From NCBI GenBank assembly GCA_027483175.1, contig JAIXVE010000214.1, forward strand, positions 23,893-87,892: a DNA stretch of 64,000 nt, in the 5' to 3' direction. The stretch is from Verrucomicrobiaceae bacterium (GTDB lineage: Bacteria > Verrucomicrobiota > Verrucomicrobiia > Verrucomicrobiales > V1-33). Numbering within the stretch: position 1 is the stretch's first letter; each line of letters begins with the position of its first letter. Positions 54,113 through 64,000 of this stretch are shown here, piece after piece. The notes under the pieces were generated by a model. It had not been told where the DNA came from. It made no database searches and worked only from the letters and a program-made list of their open reading frames with translations. The position numbers were made by a program, and so were the translations under genes.

Positions 54113-57100
54113 TCAGCGCCGGCCAATCCGCAGCCGGAAATACCCTCGCGTTCCTGCCCCAGTCGCCGGATTCACCATCCGGAAGGTCACGTTCTCCGTG
54201 ACCCCGTCAGCATTCGCCACCGGACTGCCCACCTGCTCAATCGTCGCCCCGCTGCTCGTCCACGCCGTGAGATTCGGCGACGTCTCCACCGTGTACGTAT
54301 AGGCTTCCGCAGCGTATGACTTGTCCGCATTCACCACTCCCCCGCGAATCCGCCGGTACGTGAAACTCCCGTAAGGTTGGTTCGTCACCACCACCGCCCC
54401 AGCCGCCGGCGACGGATAAGGCGCTTCAGCGACGCTCGGATTCGTCGCCAGCGCCAGCTCCACCAGCGCAGGCGCTCCATCCCCGTCCGCATCGTCACTC
54501 GTCCCCCGCGTCAGATTCGGCTGCCCAGGTGTCGCCCGCCCAGTGAACCCAACCGGGAACGGCGGATGCGTCGGATCCTGCACCGTCGTCTTGTACTTCG
54601 TAATCGTCCCGTCATTCGCCGACACAGTGTTGTCAAAATCACCTCCGTACCACGAACCCGGAGAATTCAGCGCATTGTCACCATTGAAGCGCGCAAACGA
54701 CTCCGGATGATAGAATGGGCGCGTCGGCGGACTCAGATACAGCCCGGAAAGATCAGCAAGTCCATAACCCCAGCCATTCCACGGATAAGCCAAAGGCAGC
54801 GGATTCGGAGCCGGCGTCGTCGCCACATAGCTCCGGATCATGATGCTGTCGTGCACCCCGGAGGCACCTCCGTTCCACGGGAAGAAATCAAACGAACCAT
54901 CACCGTCACTGTCCAGCCCTAGCGAATCCTTCGTGTCCGTGTCAAACCCGATGAACCGATTGAATCCGCGCACCAGCAGCAGCATCACATTCGTATTGTC
55001 AGTCTCCGCTCCCAGCACCGCATCGCTGAAGCTGCTCGAAAGCCCCTCACGCCCCGGCGGATCCCCAACCCCAGTCTGCGGCCGCATCACCGCCGCCCAC
55101 GGATTGTTCGCCCCGCCAAGCGGATACCGGTTGCCCATCACAAACAACCCATTCGACCCGGTCGCCATGCCGTCAAGGCTCCAGTAATGACGAACACTCC
55201 CCGTGTTGTTCACAACGTTGTCGATCATCACAAGGTAATACCCGTTGAGGCTGCGCGCCCGGGCACTCGTATCGAGAAACTCCACAAACTCATAATTCTG
55301 ATCCGCTCCCGGTGGATTCAGATGCACTTCGTTGATCACCACACTGCCCGCAGTGATCGGTCCAGGCGCAGCCGCATGATTCGGCCGCCCCGGCGATCCC
55401 GCACTGCGGAACGGTCCGCTGAAAACACTCGTGTAGTTCAGCAGCGGATCAATACCCCCACCCGCATTCGGCGTCCCAGCCTGATCAATCTGCCCGTAAT
55501 GCCACGCCGCAGCACTGTTCGCCGTGAAATTCCCCGCCGCACGCGACACATGGTGCACCTTGAAGACATTGTTATCCAGCCACGCATACGGCGCACCAGG
55601 ATTGATGTTGCTCGTAACAATGCTGTCCACCAGTTCGTCGCAGTAAACCGACGGATTCAGCAGCAGGGTGCCGCCCGCCAGATTGCCCTCCACCTTCTGC
55701 CCATCCGCAGAAACCACCAGCGGCCCCTTCGGCCCGCGCAGCAGTAGCAGCGCCATCCCGTCATTCGGAAAGTCATTCCCCCCGATCGCCACCGGAGGGT
55801 CAAACGCCGTCGTGTACGGCGTGATCGGCCCATCCGTGTTCCGGTACGGATAGGCATTCGCCGCATCGTAGTTGTCACCCACCAGCGCCGTTCCATTCAA
55901 TCCAGTCGTGTACCCCGACAGCGAAAAACTGCTGCGCACCAACCCGACCGTGCCCTCCAGATCAACCACCACAACCCAGAGCTGATCCATGTAAGCAAGC
56001 GCTCCATTGTCACTCGCCAGCTCAATGTATTCATTGGTATCGTCACGCCCAGTTTCCGTGTTCGACGGGTTGATCATCACCTCACTGATGCGGATGTTGC
56101 CAGGCACCGGCGGCGAAACCGGATTGATCTGCGCACTCAGGTTCGGCAACCCTGGCGTTCCCGCTCCCCGGAATCCACCGAACCACGTCGCCCCGTAAGT
56201 CTGACCGGCCACCTGATTCGACAGCGCAAAACCAATCGTGAACCCAGGGCTGTCCTGAGGATAATTGCCTCCATACCACGCCGCCGCACTCACCGTGTCA
56301 TTGCCCGGCTTCCTCGAAAAGTTGTCCGGAATCATGTCCGTCGGCATCACCGTGCGCAGATCCACCGTGCTGTAAGTCTTGCCGATCGTCGTCTTGCCAA
56401 TCTGCGTGAAGCCGATCTGATCAACAATCGTCCCCGTGAAAAACGCGTCCTGTACACCATCGTTATTGCCATCGAGGTCCTTGTTCACCGGCGGCACGTA
56501 CCCCTGAACAAGGAAGACCGTGCACCCATCCTTGAATCGCAGATCGCCCTGTCCCCATCCCGTCGCAACAGGACTGCTCGTCCTCGCAACCGGGTCCCCG
56601 TAGGACGATGACGCCGAAGGCAGGTCCTTGTACGGATTGAACGCCGGAGTGATGTTGTCTCCCAGCAGCAGCAACCCGTTGGTTCCAGTCGCCATGTCCG
56701 TCAGATCCCATTCCTCAAGGATCCTCCCTGCTCCCGGCTCGTCATCATTCGCACTAGCGCTCCCATCAAAACTATCGACCACCACAAGCCAGTACCCGGA
56801 AAGACTCCGCGCCGTATTGCTGATGTTTCGAATCTCAAGATACTGATAGAGATCATTCTCCCCAGGCCCGCTCGGATTCAACCCCACCTCGTTGATCCTG
56901 AAACTGGTCGCGGCCAGCGAAGCCGCCAGATTCGCCCGCCCCGGCGTCACCTCACCCAGCATCGCAGGAAAACCAGGCCCGAACGTGCGCCCCACCTCAT
57001 AAACAATGCTCGTCGAGGACGTGCCCGCCATCTTCCCCCCATACCACGATCCCGCATTGTTCACCGTGTTGTTCCCCGCCTGACGCGCAAACGTGTCAGG

Positions 57101-57808
57101 ATCACGCGTCCCCAGCGATGAACTCGACCACACCGAATTGATGATCGCCGCGGCCACCACATACGGATTCGCCGGCAGCGGACTCGTGGACTCCGTATCC
57201 CGGTCGCGCGTCCCAATGCTGTCAATGATCGCCGTCCAAGGAGCCGCCGTAAAGTTAGCCCCCGCAGGAATCGTCGCTTCGCTCCAGTCGAAGATCCCAT
57301 TGTTGTTCACATCCACATCAGGCCACTTCCCCGTCGTCTCATTCCGCACACCCGTGAAGCCCGACACCAGCAGGATCGTCAACCCGTCATTCGACGCAAT
57401 GTCGCTGCTCCCCATCCCCGCAGGATCGCCCACCGCCGTATTCGCATCAATCGCCCCAGACCACGCCCCCCCACGCGGCACCCCGGCATACCCATTGCCA
57501 AGCAGCAGCAGCCCGTTCGGCCCAGTCGCAAAATCATTCAGACTCCATGCCTCCCGGATCTCCCCAAGATTCTGCGGACGCAGCGGATCACCCACAAGAT
57601 AATCCTGATCATTCCGGTCATTGTTGATGATCACCACCCAGAGGTTGGCGCAGGACTCCACCCCCCCAGTCGTGCTCCGCAGCTCCATGAACTCGAAGTC
57701 GACGTCCGGATTCGGAGGATTCAAATGCACTTCGTTCAGCAGGATGGCACCCGGAACAAAGGAAACCGCGGTCAGCATCGCGGCGGCTGTGGAAAGAAGC
57801 GCTTTCAT
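54113..57808 (-). CDS. Secreted protein made of four tandem lamin-tail-domain (LTD) modules plus a C-terminal tail (1,231 aa from ATG 57808)
   Basis: The preferred start is MKALLSTAAAMLTAVSFVPGA (signal peptide). Four modules of about 270-300 aa each open with an LTD signature: LLNEVHLNPP..FEFMELRS, FRINEVGLNPS..YQYLEIRN, IRISEVMINPS..NEYIELAS, VVINEVHLNPP..YEFVEFLD. Each continues with ...ATG.NGLLLLG.... Near the C-terminus come DDADGDGAPALVELALATNP and the tail SPNLTAW...GYFRLRIGRR. Confidence 0.85.
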   Translation of the reverse strand: MKALLSTAAAMLTAVSFVPGAILLNEVHLNPPNPDVDFEFMELRSTTGGVESCANLWVVIINNDRNDQDYLVGDPLRPQNLGEIREAWSLNDFATGPNGLLLLGNGYAGVPRGGAWSGAIDANTAVGDPAGMGSSDIASNDGLTILLVSGFTGVRNETTGKWPDVDVNNNGIFDWSEATIPAGANFTAAPWTAIIDSIGTRDRDTESTSPLPANPYVVAAAIINSVWSSSSLGTRDPDTFARQAGNNTVNNAGSWYGGKMAGTSSTSIVYEVGRTFGPGFPAMLGEVTPGRANLAASLAATSFRINEVGLNPSGPGENDLYQYLEIRNISNTARSLSGYWLVVVDSFDGSASANDDEPGAGRILEEWDLTDMATGTNGLLLLGDNITPAFNPYKDLPSASSSYGDPVARTSSPVATGWGQGDLRFKDGCTVFLVQGYVPPVNKDLDGNNDGVQDAFFTGTIVDQIGFTQIGKTTIGKTYSTVDLRTVMPTDMIPDNFSRKPGNDTVSAAAWYGGNYPQDSPGFTIGFALSNQVAGQTYGATWFGGFRGAGTPGLPNLSAQINPVSPPVPGNIRISEVMINPSNTETGRDDTNEYIELASDNGALAYMDQLWVVVVDLEGTVGLVRSSFSLSGYTTGLNGTALVGDNYDAANAYPYRNTDGPITPYTTAFDPPVAIGGNDFPNDGMALLLLRGPKGPLVVSADGQKVEGNLAGGTLLLNPSVYCDELVDSIVTSNINPGAPYAWLDNNVFKVHHVSRAAGNFTANSAAAWHYGQIDQAGTPNAGGGIDPLLNYTSVFSGPFRSAGSPGRPNHAAAPGPITAGSVVINEVHLNPPGADQNYEFVEFLDTSARARSLNGYYLVMIDNVVNNTGSVRHYWSLDGMATGSNGLFVMGNRYPLGGANNPWAAVMRPQTGVGDPPGREGLSSSFSDAVLGAETDNTNVMLLLVRGFNRFIGFDTDTKDSLGLDSDGDGSFDFFPWNGGASGVHDSIMIRSYVATTPAPNPLPLAYPWNGWGYGLADLSGLYLSPPTRPFYHPESFARFNGDNALNSPGSWYGGDFDNTVSANDGTITKYKTTVQDPTHPPFPVGFTGRATPGQPNLTRGTSDDADGDGAPALVELALATNPSVAEAPYPSPAAGAVVVTNQPYGSFTYRRIRGGVVNADKSYAAEAYTYTVETSPNLTAWTSSGATIEQVGSPVANADGVTENVTFRMVNPATGAGTRGYFRLRIGRR

Positions 57809-58067
57809 GGAATGGGGAAGGTATCTGATGAGTAGGCTACGCACCGGCGTAGGGGTTGACAAGATAAAGGGGGCGGAACCGTCACAATTTAGTCCGAAGG
57901 GAAGGCATGGATTTAAGTCTGGTTTAAATGGACGGTTGGACGCGCACCCGCAGAAAATTATTCAGCCGGGCCATTCTCCACGGAAAATGAAGCGCACCGC
58001 TCAGGAACACAGAGCCCCGCCCAAAGAAAATCAATCCGGAACACCACTCTATTCATGACTCAGGCCG

Positions 58068-59000
58068 TCAGTGCATCTCTACCGCACACGTGCCCAGCCC
58101 GCCGCGGAAATAATTGAACTGAACGTTCGGATGGTCCGCCAGCAGCGACATCGGCACCGCACTGTCCGCAATCCCCTTCGATATCATCAATGCCGTCAAT
58201 CGCTGCCCCAGCGGATTGTCATGCGCCCCAGCATGCCAGATCGAAACCTTCTCCGCCAGCCACGTCTCCACAGGCCCCACCGTGATCGCGCGCGATGGCA
58301 CCATCGTCACGTTGCCTCCCCCTGACGTCCGCGCATTCTGCATCAGCGTCACCGGATGCAACTCCACCTCCCGCGTCGCCAGCTTCCGGTACTCCGCAAC
58401 CGGCGGCGGCTCGTCCTTCCATAACCCCGTCCGGCGCAGCGGATCGTTAAACGCCCAATGCTTGATGTCCCCCTGCCCGCCCTGCATCACCGCACACCGC
58501 ACCCCAGCTTCCCACGACGCCCGGTACCCACTCGTGTCCGCCTTCGGAAAATGCAGCTGGCTGTCAGGCATCCGCAACTCGGGACGAATCCGGTCAAAAC
58601 AAAGTTCCCGGTCCGCCTTCTCAAACGACAACGGATGCGTCGCCGGAACCTCCCGCTCGCCGTCATGCCATTCATCCATCCCCCAGAAATGCCCGGCCCC
58701 CAGCTGCAACCCCAGCGAATTCACCAACCGCGCCACCAGCGGCAATTGCTCCGTCGGTCCAATCGGCCCGCAAATCCCCACAGGATTGTCCGGCGTCGCC
58801 TGCCTCCACGCCTCAATGTACTCCAAAGCCTCCGCCAGATAGAAATCCTCCAGCGTATCGTAAAACACCACCCGGAATCCCGGACGCGCCAGCTGCGCAA
58901 GATCCCTCTCCGTCAGCCCGGCGGCCGCGGCAATAAGATCCGGTTCCAGTGTGGTGTAATCCCACCAGTCCGGGGCGATGGAGCTGAGTCGTCGTGGCAT
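58068..59000 (-). CDS. Glucosamine-6-phosphate deaminase / 6-phosphogluconolactonase (NagB-fold) family protein, specificity unknown
   Basis: 310 aa. It is alignable by eye to NagB: [11 protein letters not shown] vs LGLPTGGTP, WGMDEW vs [20 protein letters not shown] vs GGVGNDGHIAFNEP, and AITVGPVE vs ALTVGVGT. Confidence 0.6.
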   Translation of the reverse strand: MPRRLSSIAPDWWDYTTLEPDLIAAAAGLTERDLAQLARPGFRVVFYDTLEDFYLAEALEYIEAWRQATPDNPVGICGPIGPTEQLPLVARLVNSLGLQLGAGHFWGMDEWHDGEREVPATHPLSFEKADRELCFDRIRPELRMPDSQLHFPKADTSGYRASWEAGVRCAVMQGGQGDIKHWAFNDPLRRTGLWKDEPPPVAEYRKLATREVELHPVTLMQNARTSGGGNVTMVPSRAITVGPVETWLAEKVSIWHAGAHDNPLGQRLTALMISKGIADSAVPMSLLADHPNVQFNYFRGGLGTCAVEMH

Positions 59001-59058
59001 GAAAATGAGCGGAAGGCAGCCTGCGTCTTACCTCAGCGCCCGTTCAGCGCCAGCATTT

Positions 59059-60048
59059 TCATTCCGGAATGAATTCCGCACCCGCGGGCTCACCGCTGCA
59101 CTTCGCCGCCAACCGCCCAAAAACCACCCCCACCTCTCCCGCCCGCGCCAGCACCTCCCGCCATTCCCCGGGCACCGCACCCAAACCGTAAAACACCCCC
59201 GCCAGCCCCCCAGCCACACACCCCGTCGTATCAGTATCTTCCCCCAGATTCACCGCCCGCAACACTGTCTCCGCAAACCCCTCCCCCTTCAAGAGGCACC
59301 ACACCGCCGCCTCCAAGGTGTCAATCACATACCCACTGCTCCGGATCTCACTCTCCACCAGCCCCGCAAACCCCGCACCCAGCAGTCGGCCAAACGCCCC
59401 GCGCTCACCTCCGCACGACTCCCCGTACTCAATCCCGAATTCCCGCTGCGCCACATCCAGCGCCTCCTCCGGCCCCGCCCCATCCAGCAGCGCCCGCACC
59501 AGGAACGCATAAAACACACACGCCATCACCGAACGCCGGTGCCCATGCGTCACCCTCGAAGCATCGCCCACACTCTGCACCAATCGCTCCGTACCCGCCC
59601 CCGCAAAGCGCAGACACACCGGCAGCACACGCATCAGCGATCCATTCCCATTGTCATACTCCCCCATCCCGCCCGCCTCCACCGCAGGCGTCCCGCCCGC
59701 CACCCGCCACAACGCCCGACTCGTCGCCATCCCAATGTCAAACACTGTCCCATGCGGGGTCCAGTAACCCTCACACTGCCACCTCACAAACCTCTCCCCC
59801 AGATCCTCCACCGAAAACTCCTCCGCCACAAGGCTCTCCGCCGTGCACAGCAGCAGCGACGAATCATCACTCCACGTCCCCGCCGGCTGCCCATGCGTTC
59901 CGTACCCCCGCATCCCCGTCACCGGATCTGCCTGCACGCTCGCCCGGCTCCGGAACTCCACCGGAACACCTAGCGCATCGCCACACAAGGCACCCCACAA
60001 GCCTCCAAGGATCCGCTCCGCATTTGTCATCTTATTTGTTAGCATCAT
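59059..60048 (-). CDS. ADP-ribosylglycohydrolase (ARH/DraG) family protein
   Basis: Motifs are GGLWGALCGDALGVPVEF, GTWSDDSSL and GEDTDTTGCVAGGLAGVFYG. The start is uncertain. The track ORF begins at GTG 60081, and ATG candidates are 60048, 60045 and 60030. I chose 60048 because a GAGAG lies 5 nt upstream. Confidence 0.85.
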   Translation of the reverse strand: MMLTNKMTNAERILGGLWGALCGDALGVPVEFRSRASVQADPVTGMRGYGTHGQPAGTWSDDSSLLLCTAESLVAEEFSVEDLGERFVRWQCEGYWTPHGTVFDIGMATSRALWRVAGGTPAVEAGGMGEYDNGNGSLMRVLPVCLRFAGAGTERLVQSVGDASRVTHGHRRSVMACVFYAFLVRALLDGAGPEEALDVAQREFGIEYGESCGGERGAFGRLLGAGFAGLVESEIRSSGYVIDTLEAAVWCLLKGEGFAETVLRAVNLGEDTDTTGCVAGGLAGVFYGLGAVPGEWREVLARAGEVGVVFGRLAAKCSGEPAGAEFIPE

Positions 60049-60094
60049 AAAAACTCTCGCGCCCGCCCCGCCTCTCCACACCGCATCAGCAACC

Positions 60095-60691
60095 TCACAC
60101 GATCACCGCCCCCGCCGCCGCCATCTCACCAATCGCTCGCTCACAGTCGCCCGCACTCAGTTCAACCCCGCGACACGCCTCCGCAAGCAACCGCACCTCA
60201 AACCCAAGCCGCAGCCCGTCAAGGACCGTGAACTTCACGCAGAACTCCGTCGCAAGCCCGCAGACATCCACCTCGGTCACTCCTCTCTCCCGCAGCCACG
60301 CCGCAAGTCCCGTGTCCCCCCGCCCCCCATTGTCCGCAAACCCACTGTAGCTGTCCACCTCCCGATGCTCACCCTTCGGAAACACTCTTGTCAGCCGCCT
60401 GCTCTCCAGCCCGGATGCCAGCATCGCCCCTCCCGTCCACTGCACGCAATGCACCGGCCACAGCGTCTGCGGCAGACCGCCTAGCAACACCTGCTCATAC
60501 ACCTCCCGCCCCGCGTGATTCGCCGCAAAACTCCCGTGATCCGCAGGATGCCAGTCCATCGTCGCCACCACCACCTCATACCCCGCCATCAACCGGTTCA
60601 CCATCGGCACAATCCGGTCGCCGTCCCTCACACCAAGCGCTCCCCCCGGCAGAAAGTCATTCTGCAGATCGACAATCACCAGCGCTCTCAT
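60095..60691 (-). CDS. pncA: Nicotinamidase/pyrazinamidase (isochorismatase family)
   Basis: 198 aa. [29 protein letters not shown] and the catalytic-Cys context [12 protein letters not shown] are present. The start overlaps the pncB stop (ATGA). Confidence 0.9.
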   Translation of the reverse strand: MRALVIVDLQNDFLPGGALGVRDGDRIVPMVNRLMAGYEVVVATMDWHPADHGSFAANHAGREVYEQVLLGGLPQTLWPVHCVQWTGGAMLASGLESRRLTRVFPKGEHREVDSYSGFADNGGRGDTGLAAWLRERGVTEVDVCGLATEFCVKFTVLDGLRLGFEVRLLAEACRGVELSAGDCERAIGEMAAAGAVIV

Positions 60692-62151
60692 AACACTTCC
60701 TTCCCCCTTCCTGCCTCCCCCACCAGCCGCGACTTCCTCTCAGCCAGGGTCCACTCAATCCCCGCCGGATACGTCTGCGGATTCAGCAGCCGCCGCACCG
60801 CAGGCGTCAGCATCGCCAACTGATCCCTCCCCCTTGCCTGCACCTCCTGAATCGTCGGAATCTCATACACCAGTTCCCCTCCCCGGAACACCGGCACCAG
60901 CAGATCCTCACCAACCGCACCCTCCGGCACCCGCGAGCAGCGCCCGGGATGCCCAGGCAGTTCAACCCCAACCTCCTCACCGCACCCGTGCAGCTCATCA
61001 TAAACCGCATCACCACAGAACTCCCCGCCACTCGTGAATCGCCGCACATTCAGAATCCCCGGCGTCGAAACCTTCGCCGTCTGCTCGCTCAGCTTCACCT
61101 TCGGCACCCATTCCCCATCCATCCCGCGGATCGCTCCTAACTTGTAAACCCCGCCCAGCGCCCCCTGCCCTCCTCCCGTCACCAGCTTAGTCCCCACACC
61201 CCACACCCCGATCGCCGCCCCCTGCTGCCTCAGGCTCATGATGATCTCCTCGTCCAGATCATTGCTCGCCACAATCACCGCATCACCAAACCCCGCCGCA
61301 TCCAGCATCCGCCGCGCCTCAATGCTCAGCACCGCTAGATCCCCGGAATCCAGACGAATCCCCGCCAGCCGATGCCCCGCCGCCCGCAGCTCTTCCCCCG
61401 CCGCAATCGCATGCCGCACGCCTCCTATCGTATCATACGTATCCACCAGCAGGGTCGCATTCTCCGGCATCGCCCTCACATATGCCAGAAACGCCTCGCG
61501 CTCACTGTCAAAAGACATCACCCACGAATGGGCATGCGTCCCCCGCACCGGTATCCCTAGCCGCTTTCCCGCCAGCACATTCGATGTCGCCCCACACCCA
61601 CCCACAAACGCCGCACGACTCGCCATCACCGCCCCATCCGGCCCCTGCGCACGCCGCAGCCCGAACTCCAGCACCGGAGCACCACCCGCCGCCTCACAGA
61701 TCCTCGCCGCCTTCGTCGCGATCAATGTCTGGAAATTCACCAGATTCAGCAGCGCCGTCTCCAGCAGCTGCGCCTGTACCATCGGCCCCCTCACCCGAAT
61801 CAGCGGCTCCCCCGGAAACACCACCGTGCCCTCCGGAATCGCATCAATGTCGCAACTCATCCGCAATCCCCCGAGATATTCCAGAAACCCCGGCTCGAAC
61901 AACCGCCCCCCGCCATTCCCCTTCAGCGTCGCCAGATACTCCAGATCATCCCTCTCAAACCGAAACGCCCGCAACCACCCGATCACATCCTCCAGCCCCG
62001 CCGCCATCGCATACCCGCCCCCGAACGGCAGTGTCCGGAAAGTCAGATGAAACACCGCCTCCGTCTCCGCCCGGCCGCCATGCCAGTAGCCAGCCGCCAT
62101 CGTCAGTTGATAAAGATCCGTCAGCAGCGGACTCAGATAATCAGTTCTCAT
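60688..62151 (-). CDS. pncB: Nicotinate phosphoribosyltransferase
   Basis: 487 aa. The N-terminus [26 protein letters not shown] and GIRLDSGD are present. The start overlaps the nrtR stop (ATGA). Confidence 0.9.
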   Translation of the reverse strand: MRTDYLSPLLTDLYQLTMAAGYWHGGRAETEAVFHLTFRTLPFGGGYAMAAGLEDVIGWLRAFRFERDDLEYLATLKGNGGGRLFEPGFLEYLGGLRMSCDIDAIPEGTVVFPGEPLIRVRGPMVQAQLLETALLNLVNFQTLIATKAARICEAAGGAPVLEFGLRRAQGPDGAVMASRAAFVGGCGATSNVLAGKRLGIPVRGTHAHSWVMSFDSEREAFLAYVRAMPENATLLVDTYDTIGGVRHAIAAGEELRAAGHRLAGIRLDSGDLAVLSIEARRMLDAAGFGDAVIVASNDLDEEIIMSLRQQGAAIGVWGVGTKLVTGGGQGALGGVYKLGAIRGMDGEWVPKVKLSEQTAKVSTPGILNVRRFTSGGEFCGDAVYDELHGCGEEVGVELPGHPGRCSRVPEGAVGEDLLVPVFRGGELVYEIPTIQEVQARGRDQLAMLTPAVRRLLNPQTYPAGIEWTLAERKSRLVGEAGRGKEVL

Positions 62152-62849
62152 AACTCAAAATGAAACCCGCGCCGCTCCAGCCGCGCATATTTGTCAGGAT
62201 CAAACCGGTATAGCTGCGCCGGTCGGTGCGCCCCCTCCCTCCGCTCCTCTGGCAACGCCGTCAGCAGATCCAGCGCCAGCACCCGCTTCCGGAAATTCCG
62301 CTTGTCCAACCCCTCCCCGAGAATCGCCTCGTACAACCCCTGCAACTCCGTCAGCGTGAACTTCTCCGGCAGCAGATTGAACCCCACCGGCTGATGCCGC
62401 ACCCGCGCCCTCAACCGCTCCACCGCCACCCCCACAATCTCCCCGTGATCAAACGCCAGCCTCGGCAACGCCCCCACCCCATGCCACCGCGCCGCCACCG
62501 CATCCGTCGCCGCAGCCAACCGGTAATCCCCAGGCCTCACCAGCGCCCAGTACGCCACACTCACCACATGCTCCCGCGGATCCCGCCCCGGAGCCCCGAA
62601 CGCCCCCAATTGCTCAAGGTACCCAGCATCGATTCCCGCCTCCTCCGACAACTCCCGCCCAGCCGCCGCCCCAAGATCCTCTCCAACCCTCACAAACCCT
62701 CCAGGCAACGCCCACCAGCCCTCATACGGTGCCAACCCACGCTCAATCAGCAGCACCTCCAACTCCCCTCCCCCAAACCCAAACACCACACAGTCCACCG
62801 TCAGCGCCGGCCGCGCATACTCATAAGTATATCCCTTCTTCCCTCTCAT
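62148..62849 (-). CDS. nrtR: NrtR-type Nudix-related transcriptional regulator (Nudix domain + C-terminal winged helix)
   Basis: 233 aa. The Nudix box [23 protein letters not shown] is intact (GX5EX7REUXEEXGU). The C-terminal segment [31 protein letters not shown] is typical of the NrtR wHTH. It is first in an NAD-salvage operon. Confidence 0.8.
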   Translation of the reverse strand: MRGKKGYTYEYARPALTVDCVVFGFGGGELEVLLIERGLAPYEGWWALPGGFVRVGEDLGAAAGRELSEEAGIDAGYLEQLGAFGAPGRDPREHVVSVAYWALVRPGDYRLAAATDAVAARWHGVGALPRLAFDHGEIVGVAVERLRARVRHQPVGFNLLPEKFTLTELQGLYEAILGEGLDKRNFRKRVLALDLLTALPEERREGAHRPAQLYRFDPDKYARLERRGFHFEL

Positions 62850-62863
62850 GATTCACCTTTTCG

Positions 62864-62885
62864 TGTGGAAATGACACTAAGTCAA
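62864..62885. promoter_or_regulatory. Overlapping short palindromes (GTGT-N6-ACAC, TGAC-N5-GTCA) and a TTGACT -35-like hexamer (minus strand) in the nrtR / FAD-oxidoreductase divergent region
   Basis: Read directly: gtgt 62864-67 with acac 62874-77, tgac 62872-75 with gtca 62881-84, and agtcaa 62880-85 (TTGACT on the minus strand). This is only a candidate NrtR operator or promoter. Confidence 0.25.
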
Positions 62886-62962
62886 GGCTTTTCTCCCCCC
62901 GCCGTGTTCCCGTCCAGCTTTTTCCTTTTGCCCACCCTCCTCCCCGCGCCTCTCATCCTCCC

Positions 62963-64000
62963 ATGAAACCTTCGCTCCCACTCGTTATCCTGACTTTCTG
63001 GAACGGTCTCGCCGCCGCCCGCGAGACCCACTCCGATGTCTGCATCTTCGGCGCCACCTCCGCAGGCATCGCCGCCGCCCTACAATCCGTCCGCATGGGC
63101 AAATCCGTCTCCCTCATCGAACCATCCAACCACGTCGGCGGCCTAACCACCGGCGGCCTCGGAGCCACCGACATCGGCAACAAAGCCGCCATCGGCGGCA
63201 TCGCCCGCGAATTCTACGAGCGCGTCTTCAAGTTCTACGAATCCCCGGACGCATGGCGCCTCGAAGAACGCGCCGCCTACCTCAAAGCCCATCGCGGCGG
63301 CCCAGACCCGCTCTCCGCCGCCACCGGCCGCGAAACACTCTGGTTCTTCGAACCCCACGCCGCCTCCGCCATCTACTCCTCCATGCTCAAGGACGCCGGC
63401 ATCCCCGTCCATCGCAACGAACCCCTCGTCTCCGTCACCATGGACGGCCAGCGCCTCGTCTCCCTCAAAACCTCCACAGGCAACGTCTGGAACGCCTCCA
63501 TCTTCCTCGACTGCACCTACGAAGGCGATCTCATGGCCAAAGCCGGCGTCTCCTCTCACATCGGCCGCGAAGCCAACGCCGTCTACTCGGAAAAACTCAA
63601 CGGCATCCGCCCCGAAACCGCCAAACACCAGTTCACCGTCCCAGTCGATCCTTTCCTCCGCCCCGGCGACGCCTCCAGCGGGCTCCTCCCCTTCATCGAA
63701 TCCGGCGAACTCGGCGAACCCGGCGCAGGCGACGCCTCCGTCCAGGCCTACAACTTCCGCCTCTGCATGACCCGCGACCCTCGCAACCGCCGCCCATGGG
63801 AAGCCCCGGAAAACTACAACCCAGCCCAGTTCGAACTCCTCGCACGCTACATCGAAGCCCGCGCCGCCTCCCCCAAACCACTCGACGCCGGCCAGCTCTT
63901 CCACCCGCTGCCGATGCCCAATCACAAAACCGACACCAACAACAACGGCGGCTTCTCCACTGACTTCATCGGCGGCAGCGACCGCTGGCCAGAAGCCTCC
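62963..64000 (+). CDS. FAD-dependent oxidoreductase (PVC/Bacteroidota FAD_oxidored-type), 5' part only; runs off the window end
   Basis: Absent from the ORF track because no stop is reached. My own translation from ATG 62963 is MKPSLPLVILTFWNGLAAARETHSDVCIFGATSAGIAAALQSVRMGKSVSLIEPSNHVGGLTTGGLGATDIGN...YNFRLCMT...KTDTNNNGGFSTDFIGG. It has a dinucleotide-binding GxxxAG motif and strong C3 codon bias. The 260-aa minus-strand ORF 63143..63925 is its shadow. Confidence 0.8.
   Translation, partial: MKPSLPLVILTFWNGLAAARETHSDVCIFGATSAGIAAALQSVRMGKSVSLIEPSNHVGGLTTGGLGATDIGNKAAIGGIAREFYERVFKFYESPDAWRLEERAAYLKAHRGGPDPLSAATGRETLWFFEPHAASAIYSSMLKDAGIPVHRNEPLVSVTMDGQRLVSLKTSTGNVWNASIFLDCTYEGDLMAKAGVSSHIGREANAVYSEKLNGIRPETAKHQFTVPVDPFLRPGDASSGLLPFIESGELGEPGAGDASVQAYNFRLCMTRDPRNRRPWEAPENYNPAQFELLARYIEARAASPKPLDAGQLFHPLPMPNHKTDTNNNGGFSTDFIGGSDRWPEAS

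Noticed and set aside
52599-54302. 567-aa plus-strand ORF
   Set aside because: It is antisense to the PSD1 gene and runs through the 54050-54092 terminator and into the 4xLTD gene. Its composition is Arg/Pro/His-rich.
63143-63925. 260-aa minus-strand ORF (and the plus-strand ORF 63253..63963 in another frame)
   Set aside because: The plus-strand frame starting at ATG 62963 gives a clean FAD-dependent oxidoreductase sequence with a dinucleotide-binding motif. The listed ORFs are Gly/Ala/Val-rich or Arg/Pro-rich shadows.

Overview
The window is about 64 kb of a high-GC bacterial chromosome. It is most likely from the PVC superphylum (Verrucomicrobiota-like). That guess rests on PSCyt/PSD1 and PVC-type heme-binding proteins, many lamin-tail-domain (LTD) exoproteins and strong C-ending codon bias. 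It is a guess from domain content, not a database hit. Gene density is high, and I saw no transposase, integrase, CRISPR array, rRNA or recognisable defence genes. The core (27.9-43.2 kb, minus strand) is the universal block ffh / tRNA-Thr / tuf / tRNA-Trp / secE-nusG-rplK-rplA-rplJ-rplL-rpoB-rpoC. Directly downstream of rpoC, on the same strand, lies the most unusual locus. It is a blaI-type repressor translationally coupled to a 3,789-aa BlaR1/M56-type membrane sensor-protease. The roughly 3,400-aa extracytoplasmic part of that protein is a mosaic of at least four internal repeat families. Then, with no visible terminator, comes a tightly packed four-gene envelope cluster: a TM/TPR-like protein, a receiver-like + pseudokinase + TM + FGE-domain protein, a secreted unknown and a peptidoglycan amidase. 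An ECF sigma factor and an anti-sigma::YfbK-like VWA fusion follow. Other content:
- two tandem secreted PAP2/vanadium-haloperoxidase-family paralogs
- gdhA
- a PVC-type beta-propeller/cytochrome c protein
- a 2,066-aa LTD/discoidin/CotH/LamG exoprotein
- a 1,231-aa protein built from four LTD modules
- a PSCyt/PSD1 protein and pabB
- an overlapping operon nrtR-pncB-pncA-ADP-ribosylglycohydrolase-NagB-like
- a 5'-partial FAD-dependent oxidoreductase running off the 3' end

Many long ORFs in the supplied track are antisense or shadow ORFs typical of high-GC DNA and were rejected.
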